From positions 1 through 38,330 of the IMG/VR virus record IMGVR_UViG_3300035235_000641: a stretch of 38,330 bases of DNA. The stretch is one strand, 5' to 3'. The notes under the pieces are model-generated. The model made no database searches. It was given only the letters and a program-made list of their open reading frames with translations, and was not told where the DNA came from. This document shows positions 8,707 through 18,900 of the stretch, piece after piece; within the stretch, counting starts at the first letter, position 1; every line of letters starts with the position of its first letter. A program made the position numbers and the translations under genes. The DNA is from a virus. Taxonomy: Duplodnaviria; Caudoviricetes.

Positions 8707-11396
8707 GTCAAGAAAAAAGAACCGCAGGCGCACCAAATATAAAATTACCAACAGGACCGTTTGTTGCTAGAGTCTTAAGTCATCTTGATCCTAGAAGATC
8801 AGGTGCTCTTAAAGTTCAATTAATAAAAAATAGTTCAACATCAAACGATAAGGACGAAGACGGTCAAGTCTTTACAGTAAATTATTGTAGTCCTTTTTAT
8901 GGTGTAACCGATATAAACAGTAATACGTCAAATAATAATTACCGCGATACTCAACAGAGCTACGGTTTTTGGGCAGTACCACCGGACCCTGGATCAAAAG
9001 TATTAGTAATATTTGCTGAAGGTAAATCTAACATGGGATATTGGATTGGATGTATTCAAGATGAATATATGAATCATATGGTTCCAGGTGGATATGCAGC
9101 CGCAAAAAGTTCATACGTTATACAAGATAATTTAGCCGAAGAATTTAAAGAGAAACCATTACCAACAGGTGAATATAATAAAGCCTTTAATAATAATAGA
9201 GGCAATAATCCTGATACTTTTTTACGTCCACATAATCCTTTAATGGTACAAACTCTTGCTTCGCAAGGATTGTTAGATGATACTACTAGAGGACTTACTA
9301 GTTCAAGTGCTAGACGAGAATTACCTAGTATGGTGTTTGGTTGGAATACACCAGGACCGTTAGATAAACGTGACGGAGCTCCTAAAGGAAAGTATGGAGC
9401 AAGAAAAGAAGCTATTGATTATTTTAGAAGCAGACTTGGTGGCTCAGCATTTACAATGGATGATGGAGACCCTTCTATTTTACGTTCAGGATTAGCGTTT
9501 GATACTTCTCCAACATATTATGACATTGGTAAACTACCTGACCAAACAAGTAAGACTAATCCAACACTTCCGTTTAATGAACATTTAAGATTACGTACTA
9601 GAACAGGTCATCAAATATTAATGCATAACACTGAAGACCTAATTTACATTGGTAATGCTCGAGGTAGTGCTTGGATTGAACTTACTTCAAATGGTAAGAT
9701 TGATGTTTACAGTGACGATAGTATTAGCGTAAGAAGCGGTAATGATATTAACCTACATGCTGACAGAGATTTTAACTGGAGTGCTGGAAGAGATATAAAC
9801 ATAAATGCTGGTAGAAATACGAAAAACACTACAGCAGAAAATGTAGATATACGAGTAGGTGTAAACAAACAAGAATTTATCGGCAACACAAATGACTTAT
9901 GGATAGGTAATAATAACACAGTTGCTATTGGTGGTAATCAAGATATACAAGTAAAAGGTAATGATGCTAAAACAGTATCTGGAAATTATAATTTACAAGT
10001 TGCTTCAAACGGAAGAATAGCAATTAACGGAGAGTTTGGCAGTAAAGTAGCAGGCAACTATAGACAAGTTGTTGTTGGAGCATATAATCTAAACACGACA
10101 GGTGATAACAAATTTACTAGTGGTGCAAACACACAAATTAAAAGTACTTTAAATAATAAATTAGATGCTACAGTTAGTACTGAAATACTATCAGGAGTTA
10201 ACCATTCTGAAACAGCAGGTAATGAAATACATATGAATAGTACTATACCAGCAACAGCAAGTATAAGTGCTGATAATATTATAGATACATTTACTTCTCC
10301 GGTAACCCAAGACAATGAAGATAGAGTGCGTAATCAAATTAATGAAGTAATTCTTGACAGTGCCGGAGTTCCATTAGAAGTAACACAGGATGCCTTAAGA
10401 GCAACAGAAGCACCGTTTGCGTTATATCCAAGAAGAGTACCAATACGTGAACCGTGGCCAGAACACGAACACCTTAATCCAAGTGCACACACACCGGCAA
10501 ACACACAAGCTATTGAATCGCCGCCAGCGGCAGTAAGAGCTCAACAAGCAGTTATTAATAGCGAAACTGATCAACCATTTTACACAGCAGAATCAGGACC
10601 TGTTGTTGCTGACACAGATGGAGCACAAGTAGTTACTCCAGGTACAGCAGGACCAGTAGACGGAGCTCAACCAGCACACCCTGTACCAGTTAATGATATG
10701 CAGAGATATTTCTTAAGCGAATTGATAAAAGGTGTAGGACTAGATCCAGCAACTTGGGTATCACTCAATCCTGTAGCGGTAGCAATGGCAATGGCACAAC
10801 CTCAAGCAGAATGTGGATTTAAACCTCGTAGCGAAAGTATGAACTATAGTGCTTCAAGATTAAGAGTAGTTTATCCTAGTAGAGTCAAATCAACTGCGTT
10901 TGCTCAAGAACTTGTAGCGGCAGGCCCAGCGGCAATTGGTAATACACTATACGGTAACAGATACGGTAATGCTCAAAATGAAGGTTACAAATATCGTGGT
11001 AGAGGACTTATTCAATTAACATTTAAATCTAACTATGAAAAATATGGCGGACTAGCAGGAGTTAATATTGTTGACAATCCTGAAATGGCAAACGATCCAA
11101 CGGTTGCTACAAAACTAGCAGTAGCATATATTAAATCTAAAGGTATAAATTGGACAGATCAAAGTTTTGCTTCTTTAGGATCTGCATTTGCCAAAGCAGT
11201 TGGATATTCTGATCCTGGCGGAAATGAAACTGCTAGACGTATTGGTATTGGTAAAGGATTTTATCAAAAAATTATTAACGGAGAAATGATTCCGTTAGCA
11301 TCATTAACTACAACTGCTTATCCAGGAACAGGTACAGTTTCAATTATTGAAACTAAATTGGAAGCAGGAAATGCGAGTGAAAACAATGCCTCATAG
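8703..11396 (+). CDS. gp5: gp5-like central spike: OB-fold, beta-helix repeats, C-terminal GH19 lysozyme/chitinase-like domain
   Basis: YGFWAVPPDPGSKVLVIF (OB fold), RTRTGHQILM, 8-residue V.GN repeats, AQPQAECG..ESMNYS and GYKYRGRGLIQLTFKSNY. Confidence 0.88.
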   Translation: MSQEKRTAGAPNIKLPTGPFVARVLSHLDPRRSGALKVQLIKNSSTSNDKDEDGQVFTVNYCSPFYGVTDINSNTSNNNYRDTQQSYGFWAVPPDPGSKVLVIFAEGKSNMGYWIGCIQDEYMNHMVPGGYAAAKSSYVIQDNLAEEFKEKPLPTGEYNKAFNNNRGNNPDTFLRPHNPLMVQTLASQGLLDDTTRGLTSSSARRELPSMVFGWNTPGPLDKRDGAPKGKYGARKEAIDYFRSRLGGSAFTMDDGDPSILRSGLAFDTSPTYYDIGKLPDQTSKTNPTLPFNEHLRLRTRTGHQILMHNTEDLIYIGNARGSAWIELTSNGKIDVYSDDSISVRSGNDINLHADRDFNWSAGRDININAGRNTKNTTAENVDIRVGVNKQEFIGNTNDLWIGNNNTVAIGGNQDIQVKGNDAKTVSGNYNLQVASNGRIAINGEFGSKVAGNYRQVVVGAYNLNTTGDNKFTSGANTQIKSTLNNKLDATVSTEILSGVNHSETAGNEIHMNSTIPATASISADNIIDTFTSPVTQDNEDRVRNQINEVILDSAGVPLEVTQDALRATEAPFALYPRRVPIREPWPEHEHLNPSAHTPANTQAIESPPAAVRAQQAVINSETDQPFYTAESGPVVADTDGAQVVTPGTAGPVDGAQPAHPVPVNDMQRYFLSELIKGVGLDPATWVSLNPVAVAMAMAQPQAECGFKPRSESMNYSASRLRVVYPSRVKSTAFAQELVAAGPAAIGNTLYGNRYGNAQNEGYKYRGRGLIQLTFKSNYEKYGGLAGVNIVDNPEMANDPTVATKLAVAYIKSKGINWTDQSFASLGSAFAKAVGYSDPGGNETARRIGIGKGFYQKIINGEMIPLASLTTTAYPGTGTVSIIETKLEAGNASENNAS

Positions 11397-11592
11397 ATTT
11401 ACTGTAAAAAAGAATAACGAGTTAATAACTTACACTGACTTTGATCAAATACCTAACGACTTTGATCATGTAATAGAATTTTTACCTGAGATACCACCAG
11501 AGCCACACACTGAAGAACAACACGAAGAAATAGAACAATGGAATTCAAAATTACAAAAATTAATGGAGATTGAACGTGCCCGCAGTATGTAG
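11386..11592 (+). CDS. Small acidic hypothetical protein between spike and PAAR
   Basis: ATG at 11386 (MPHRFTV...) preferred over TTG 11347, giving short overlaps with both neighbours. Confidence 0.7.
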   Translation: MPHRFTVKKNNELITYTDFDQIPNDFDHVIEFLPEIPPEPHTEEQHEEIEQWNSKLQKLMEIERARSM

Positions 11593-11872
11593 AGGTGATA
11601 GTGTAGATTCTGATGTAGCACACTGTTCTACGCCAAAAAGAGATCAGTGTAGCGGAGATGTATTTGTTGATGGTACAGGAGTATCTCGTCAAGGCGATAA
11701 TAACACTTCACATGAATTACCACCAGCACCTTGCCCAAGTCACGAGGCACCGATTACTACAGGAAGTACAAAAGTATTTGTAAACGGCAAAGGATGCGGT
11801 CGTATAGGAGATGCTATTACAGGGTGTACAAGCGTAGCAACAGGCTTCAACAAAGTTTTCGCCGGCGGATAA
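11576..11872 (+). CDS. PAAR-repeat spike tip protein (gp5.4-like)
   Basis: MPAVCRGD, VSRQGD, GSTKVFVNGKGCGRIGD, VFAG end; His/Cys metal ligands; GTG 11576 follows GGAG at 11565. Confidence 0.9.
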   Translation: MPAVCRGDSVDSDVAHCSTPKRDQCSGDVFVDGTGVSRQGDNNTSHELPPAPCPSHEAPITTGSTKVFVNGKGCGRIGDAITGCTSVATGFNKVFAGG

Positions 11873-11879
11873 AATAAGG

Positions 11880-11885
11880 TAAATA
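11880..11885 (+). promoter_or_regulatory. Late promoter box TAAATA
   Basis: TAAATACAGT, same 10-mer as at 30890. Confidence 0.6.
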
Positions 11886-11889
11886 CAGT

Positions 11890-12321
11890 ATGGCAGATTT
11901 ATACAAAGAAATTAAAGTTAAAGGTGAAAAAAGTCCTAAACCTCCTGTACAGCAAAAAGCATACAGAGGCTTTAGCACAGTCAATCCTGATAATACTTCA
12001 TTTCAACAGTATGACTTATCATTGATTAAACAAGACTTAATTAATCACTTTAATATACGTCAGGGAGAAAAGTTATCAAATCCTGAATTTGGTTGTATTA
12101 TATGGGACGCACTATTTGAACCTTTAACTACTGAACTTAAAGAAGCAATAGCAACAAATGTTACTGGAATTGTAAATTACGACCCAAGGACATCAGCAAC
12201 CGGTGTACAAGTTAGTGAATATGAATCTGGCATACAAATTGAATGTACACTAAAGTATTTACAATATAATATTAGCGAAAACGTTAAATTGAACTTCGAT
12301 AAAGCCAATGGGTTATCGTGA
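11890..12321 (+). CDS. gp25: gp25-like baseplate wedge/sheath initiator
   Basis: IKQDLINHFNIRQGEKLSNPEFGC...LFEP...YDPR. Confidence 0.9.
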   Translation: MADLYKEIKVKGEKSPKPPVQQKAYRGFSTVNPDNTSFQQYDLSLIKQDLINHFNIRQGEKLSNPEFGCIIWDALFEPLTTELKEAIATNVTGIVNYDPRTSATGVQVSEYESGIQIECTLKYLQYNISENVKLNFDKANGLS

Positions 12322-12343
12322 CACAATTAAGTACTGCTATTAT

Positions 12344-12358
12344 TAAATATCATAAATA
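12344..12358 (+). promoter_or_regulatory. Tandem late promoter boxes TAAATA (12344, 12353)
   Basis: Two copies in the 62-nt gap before gp6, plus TAAGTA at 12328. Confidence 0.6.
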
Positions 12359-12383
12359 CTAGCATAGTTAAGAAGGATAGCCG

Positions 12384-15300
12384 ATGTCGTCAACAGATAG
12401 ACAAAATAGACTGCTTTTAGCAGAAGACTGGAAAAAAGTATATCAAAGCTACAGGAATGCAGAATTCCGTAGTTATGATTTTGATACCTTACGAAGGGCG
12501 ATGATTAATTATCTTCGTACTAACTATCCTGAAGATTTTAACGACTATGTAGATACATCAGAATACCTTGCTCTCATTGATATGATTGCGTTCTTAGGTC
12601 AAAATATTAGTTATAGAGTTGATCTAAACTCTAGAGAAAACTTTTTAGAATTAGCTGAACGTAGAGAATCAGTTCTCCGTTTAGCTCGTATGCTATCATA
12701 CAACGCAAAACGTAATCAGCCAGCAAACGGATTACTTAAATTTGAAACAGTAAGCACTTCAGAAAACATTACTGATAGTAACGGATTTAATTTATCAGAT
12801 CAAACAATTATTTGGAATGATCCAAGTAACAGTAATTGGGCAGAACAGTTTAAGCGTGTTCTTAATTCTGCGCTTCCTAGAAATAATACAATTGGTAGAC
12901 CGTCTAAAAGTAGTAAAATTAACGGACTAACTACTGAGCAATACAGACTTAGTGCTACTAACTCAGATGTTCCAGTTTATACATTTAATAAACCAGTAAA
13001 TGGTTTACCTACACAGTTTGAAATTGTTTCAACTGACATTGATGTAACGGCAAAAGTTATTAGAGAAGAAAATCCTATTCCAGGAAACAATTTAGCATTT
13101 TTGTATAGAGAAGATGGAAGAGGAAACGCAAGTAATAACACAGGATACTTTGTGCATTTTAGACAAGGTAAATTAAATTCTTCAGACTTTAATGTTCCAA
13201 GTCCAACATCTAATCAACGTATATCTATTGAAACAGAAAATATTAACCAAACAGATATATGGCTTTGGGGAACAAACGACGCTGGCCAAGAAGATACTCT
13301 TTGGCAACCGGTTGATAGTGCTGAAGGAAATAATGCTATCTATAATAGTATTGTTAAAGGTGTTAGAAATTATTACGTTGTTCAAACTAGACAAAACGAT
13401 GAAGTTAGTTTAGTATTTGCTGACGGAACGTTTGGCAATATTCCTTCCGGAGCATTTAGAGCTTATTACAGAACAAGTGCTAACAGGTCAATGAAAATTA
13501 ATCCTGAAGAACTTACAAATATTACAATCACAATAGACTACTTGAGTAAAGCCGGTACAACAGAAACAATGACTATTGGAGTTGAACTTAAAGAACAAGT
13601 TACTAATGCTACAACAAGTGAATCTACAGCAAGCATTAGAACAAATGCTCCGCAAACTTATTATACACAAAACAGAATGGTTACAGGCGAGGACTATAAT
13701 ATTGTTCCTCTAACAACTAACCAAGAAATTGTTAAAGTAAAATCTATTAACAGAACTACTAGCGGTATTAGCAGATATTTTGATCTTAAAGATGTTACTG
13801 GAAAATATTCTAGTACAAATTTATATGGAAGTGACGGAGTACTATATAATGAGCAATATGTAGATAAACGTTCTTTTACATTTAATACCCAAACAGATAT
13901 TGAAGGTACTATTGAAAATACAGTACTACCGATTATACAAAACAGAGCAACTAATAATTTTTACTTTGCTAACTATGCTAAAATTATTGTAAGTGATTTA
14001 AATGCTACTTGGACACAAAGTTCAAAGGGTACAAATATATCAACTGGATTATTAAAAAACAGTAATGAATTACCATATGATACAGGTACATTTACTGGAG
14101 GTTCTTTAAAGTATTTAGAAGCAAATGCCTTGCTTAAATTTAAACCACCAGCAGGATTTTATTTTAATGATAAAGGTGGTCTAACAAGTAACGCTTCTGA
14201 AAAAGGAGTATCAACTTATAAATGGGTCAAAGTTATTAGCGTAGCAGGCGCTGGTACAGCAGTTGATAGTGTAACAGGTGCTGGACCAATTGTATTCAAT
14301 GATATTGTTCCTGCTAATAGTATACTTGAAGAAGTTAAACCAAAACTTGTAAAAGATATTTCAGCAGATGTTAGAACACAAATTATTGATCAAGTTTTTG
14401 CTTATAAAACATTTGGATTACGTTATGACCAAGCTACAAGAACTTGGCGTGTAATTATTAATGAAAACTTGAATATTTACGATACGTTTAGTAATGGTAA
14501 AACAGGTGACGTTACTCAAAACCAATTAGACGCAAGTTGGTTAATATTGTTTGAAACTAATGGCGAGAAATATACAGTAACTAGTAGAGGTTTACGATAT
14601 GTATTTGAAAGTGATAAAGAATTAAGTTTTTACTTTGACGGACAAAATAAAATTTATGATAGTGTTACAGGTCAATTAGTAAAAGATAAAATTAGTATTC
14701 TTAATTTTAATACTAAGCCGGATAGTTTAGTTGCTTTTAATAATGATATTAATTGGGAAATTGTTAATACATTCCAAAACGCAGATGGATACGTAAACAG
14801 TAAAAAAGTTGAAGTTAGTTTCTATGATTTAAATGACGACGGTAGTGTTGATGACCCTGATGTATTTGATGTTGTAGTTGATCCATTAACATCACCTAAC
14901 ACAAAATATATTTTCTTAAAGAAAGAAAACAGCGATCAAGGATTTACAAAATATAACTACTATGCTCAAGGTGATACTATAAGGGTAGTTACAACAGAAG
15001 CAGAAATTGGTGCGTACAGTCAATACGAAGAAGGTACTGTTTTCTATATTACTAAAGATGGAAACTTTAAAGTTTTAACAGGCAATCTATTAGTACTATC
15101 AACTGACTACCAAGCATATGTAGGACGTGATAATTTAAAATTCCATTATGTACATAGTGCTGATGAAGCAAATAGAATTGACGTTAGTGCGTCAAATATT
15201 ATTGATGTTTATATGCTTACAAGAGCATACGATGTAGAATTTAGAAAATTTATAGCAGGTACAATACCTACTATGCCGTTGCCGTTAAGTTCAGACGCAT

Positions 15301-15950
15301 TATTTCAAAATTTTGGATCTAGTATAAATGCTTATAAATCAATTAGTGATGAAATAATTTATCACCCTGTAAAATATAAAGCATTGTTTGGTAAAAACGC
15401 AGTAGAAACTTTACAAGCAACATTTAAGATTGTAAAAAATACAGGCGAAGTTATTAATAACAATGAAATAAAAGTAAGAGTGATTAATGCAATTAATAGA
15501 TTCTTTAGTTTACAAAATTGGGATTTTGGAGATACATTCCATTTTTCAGAACTAGTTGCGTTTGTTGTAAATCAAACAGCACCTGATATAGCAAACTTAA
15601 TAATTGTTCCTAATCAAGCATCACAAGGATTTGGTAGTTTGTTTGAAATTAAATCAGAGAATGATGAAATCTTTATTAATGATGCTACAGTAGATGATAT
15701 AGAAATAATTGATGCTATTACAGCAAGTAGAATACAAGCAACAGGTAATGTTATTACAGCTACAAATACAGCATCAACAGGCATACAAAGTCAAGCACTT
15801 ACAACTACAGCAAATACTACTTCAACAACTAGTACAGCAGTAAGTAGTTCAAGTAGTAGTTCAAGTAGCTCGAGCAGTAGCTCAAGCGGTTCAGGGTCTA
15901 GCGGCGGAAGCGGAAGCTCCGGCGGCGGCGGATATAGTGGAGGTTACTAA
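12384..15950 (+). CDS. gp6: gp6-like baseplate wedge protein (baseplate J family), 1188 aa
   Basis: YDFDTLR..., ENFLELAERRESVLRLARMLSY, LVFADGTFGNIP, ESTASIRTNAP...QNRMVTGEDY. Confidence 0.9.
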   Translation: MSSTDRQNRLLLAEDWKKVYQSYRNAEFRSYDFDTLRRAMINYLRTNYPEDFNDYVDTSEYLALIDMIAFLGQNISYRVDLNSRENFLELAERRESVLRLARMLSYNAKRNQPANGLLKFETVSTSENITDSNGFNLSDQTIIWNDPSNSNWAEQFKRVLNSALPRNNTIGRPSKSSKINGLTTEQYRLSATNSDVPVYTFNKPVNGLPTQFEIVSTDIDVTAKVIREENPIPGNNLAFLYREDGRGNASNNTGYFVHFRQGKLNSSDFNVPSPTSNQRISIETENINQTDIWLWGTNDAGQEDTLWQPVDSAEGNNAIYNSIVKGVRNYYVVQTRQNDEVSLVFADGTFGNIPSGAFRAYYRTSANRSMKINPEELTNITITIDYLSKAGTTETMTIGVELKEQVTNATTSESTASIRTNAPQTYYTQNRMVTGEDYNIVPLTTNQEIVKVKSINRTTSGISRYFDLKDVTGKYSSTNLYGSDGVLYNEQYVDKRSFTFNTQTDIEGTIENTVLPIIQNRATNNFYFANYAKIIVSDLNATWTQSSKGTNISTGLLKNSNELPYDTGTFTGGSLKYLEANALLKFKPPAGFYFNDKGGLTSNASEKGVSTYKWVKVISVAGAGTAVDSVTGAGPIVFNDIVPANSILEEVKPKLVKDISADVRTQIIDQVFAYKTFGLRYDQATRTWRVIINENLNIYDTFSNGKTGDVTQNQLDASWLILFETNGEKYTVTSRGLRYVFESDKELSFYFDGQNKIYDSVTGQLVKDKISILNFNTKPDSLVAFNNDINWEIVNTFQNADGYVNSKKVEVSFYDLNDDGSVDDPDVFDVVVDPLTSPNTKYIFLKKENSDQGFTKYNYYAQGDTIRVVTTEAEIGAYSQYEEGTVFYITKDGNFKVLTGNLLVLSTDYQAYVGRDNLKFHYVHSADEANRIDVSASNIIDVYMLTRAYDVEFRKFIAGTIPTMPLPLSSDALFQNFGSSINAYKSISDEIIYHPVKYKALFGKNAVETLQATFKIVKNTGEVINNNEIKVRVINAINRFFSLQNWDFGDTFHFSELVAFVVNQTAPDIANLIIVPNQASQGFGSLFEIKSENDEIFINDATVDDIEIIDAITASRIQATGNVITATNTASTGIQSQALTTTANTTSTTSTAVSSSSSSSSSSSSSSSGSGSSGGSGSSGGGGYSGGY
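15820..15947 (+). repeat. Ser/Gly low-complexity tail of gp6
   Basis: Degenerate AGT/AGC/TCA triplet repeats encoding poly-Ser then GSGSSGGSGSSGGGGYSGGY. Confidence 0.85.
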
Positions 15951-15952
15951 GA

Positions 15953-18900
15953 ATGGCGCAAGACGAATCAGGTCTTCCAACAAGCGGAAATAGAAAACGA
16001 AGTAGCGCAGATTTACTTCCAAGATATTTTAGAACCATTGCTAATAAGAAGTTTATATCAAGCACAATTGATCAAATGGTACAACCAGGTACTATTGAAA
16101 AAATTACAGGTTTTATTGGGCGAAAAGATTCAAAAGCATTTAAGTCAACAGACAATTATCTTTCTGATGTAAGTGCTGACAGAGTAAATTATCAACTAGA
16201 ACCTGCGGCGATTGTCCAAGATAATATTGGCAACGTGTTATTACATCGTGACTATAGAGATTATGTAAACAGTACTCAAATACGTAATGCTGAAAATATA
16301 AATCACAGCCTTATGAATAGCCAAGAGTATTACGCTTGGTCACCTCATATTACTTGGGACAAATTTAGTAATTTTAGAGAATACTATTGGTTACCACAAG
16401 GACCAGATCCTATAGCAGTATACGGTAATGCTAGAGAAATTAAAAGTACAATTCCAGTAAACTATATTGACAATGTTGATAACTTTGCTTACAACTTTAA
16501 CCCAACTAATCAAAATAGTAATACAACTTTAACATTATATAGAGGACAAGAGTATACATTTGATATTGTTACTCCTAATATGCCTTTTACAATTAGAACA
16601 AGTAAAACTGTTGATGACGACACCTCATTATATAATGAAGGAGTAAGTCAACAAAAAGTTGAGAATGGACAAATTGTATTTACTGTTGGATTAGAATCAC
16701 CAGACTATCTATACTACGTAAATGAAAACGATATTGAAGCGTCTGGATTAATTGTTATCAAAGATATTAGAGATAATACAGAATTAGATGTTAATAATAT
16801 TCTTGATAAAAAGTCTTATACTATGCAGAATGGATATAAATTATCTAATGGTATGAAGGTAAAGTTTTATGGAAAAATAACACCTGAAAAATACGGTGAA
16901 GGTAATTGGTATGTTGAAGGTGTTGGCGATAATATTAAACTAGTTTCAGAGCAAGACGTTCTTATTACAGCAGATTACTTGTTAGACAATGCTACTGAAT
17001 TTGATCAAGCAGGATTTAGTACATTACCTTTTGATAATGCTACTTCGTATGCTAGTGAAAAAGACTATATTTGTATTAACAAAGCATCACCAGATAAGAA
17101 TCAATGGGCACGTTATAATAGATGGACTCATAGAAGTATTATAGAAACAACAGCAACTATTAATAATACTCCAACAAGTTTAGATTTAAATTATAGAGCA
17201 ACAAGGCCTATTATTGAATTTGAATCTGGTCTTAAGTTGTACAATAATGGTACTAGTGCTAAACAAAGTGTTGATCTAATTGATACAGTTACTACTGATG
17301 TATTTTCTAATATTGAAGGACAATCAGGATACTTTGTAGATGGCACAGATTTAGTGGCAGGACAGCGTGTGTTGTTTACAGCAGATAAAGACAGTTTTGT
17401 TTTTGGTAAAATATATCAAGTTGCTTTTATAACTATTAATGGAAATAATCAAATTACTTTAAAAGAAACTACTGATACTGCGCCATTAACAAACGAAACA
17501 GTGTTTATTAAATCTGGTACAACATACAAAGGTAAAATGTTTTATTATGATGGAACATCTTGGAAACAGTCACAAGACAAAACAGGATTAAATCAAGCGC
17601 CGTTATTTGATTTATACAATGATCAAGGTAACGCATTATCTACACTAGACTCAAGTTCATTTGCTGGAAACAAACTTTTCAGTTATAAAGTTGGTACAGG
17701 TACTAATGACACAGAATTAGGATTTCCGTTAAGTTATAGAACTATTGAAAATAGTGGTGATATTGTTTTTGATTTTAATTTATTAGCAGATACTTATCGG
17801 TATGATATAATAGCAAATACAGTTACAGCAAGTACTGATACAGCATTACTTAGAAAATATACATCGATAGACACATATACAAGTCCGGGAGCATGGACAA
17901 AGGGTGATAGAAAATCTGAACAATGGGTAATTGACCAACCTACTGTTGGACCAAGACTTAATAACTTTATTATTGACATGTTTGTTAATAGTGCTACCCT
18001 TACAGATTTAAAAGTAAAGGTGTATCTTAATAATAATAGAGTTAAAGATCCGTTTTACACTTTAACAACAACAAACAATTACAAGTACGTAACTTTTGCT
18101 AAAGACTTAACAGCAGGTGACAAACTAGTAATTAAAGTATTTTCTACAGCAAATAAAACACCACAGAGCGGATTTTATGAATTTCCAACTAATATGGAAA
18201 AAAATCCTATGAACGAAAACGTAATTGATTTTACACTTGGTGAAGTGTTAGATCATGTAGATAGTATTATTGATAATACAGAAACTTTTGACGGAATTTT
18301 TCCAGGTGTAAGTAATCTAAGAGATTTAGGTAGTGTAAGTAAATTTGGTTTAAAATTTGTTAAACACAGTGGTCCAATAAATTTAGCACTATTCAATCTA
18401 ACACAAAAAGATTATAACTCAATTGACGCAATTAAATTTGCCGGACTTGAGTATATTAAATTTAAAAGAGAATTTTTACGTATAGCTAACGAATTGGGAT
18501 ATGACGGTGAAGTAAAACAGCACGTTGATAAAGTACTAGACGAATTAAACTTTACAAAAACGTCTAAAGATCCGTTTTTCTTTAGTGATATGTTTGGACA
18601 TAATTCATCTAAGATGACAAAACATGTTATTGACGATAGTTCAGAAACAATTTTTAGTTTAACTAGAGGAATTGATTTTACAGAATTAAACAATCAGTCA
18701 GTATTGCCATATCTTAACGGAATACAATTGGTAAAAGACAAAGACTATACTGTAACTACTACTGGATTTTTAACATTAATTGTTCCTGTAGTCGCTAACG
18801 ATGTATTAGAAGTTTACGAATTTGAATCAACAGACGGTTGTTGGGTTCCTCCAACACCTACTAAATTAGGATTATACCCTAAGTTTGAGCCAAAGATAAT

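Noticed and set aside
9700-10250. Periodic sequence in gp5
   Set aside because: Explained by protein-level beta-helix repeats; not a DNA repeat array or CRISPR
4577-15950. Bacterial T6SS or extracellular contractile injection system
   Set aside because: gp46/47/55, late promoter boxes and fibre genes indicate a T4-like phage; no T6SS membrane or ATPase genes are present
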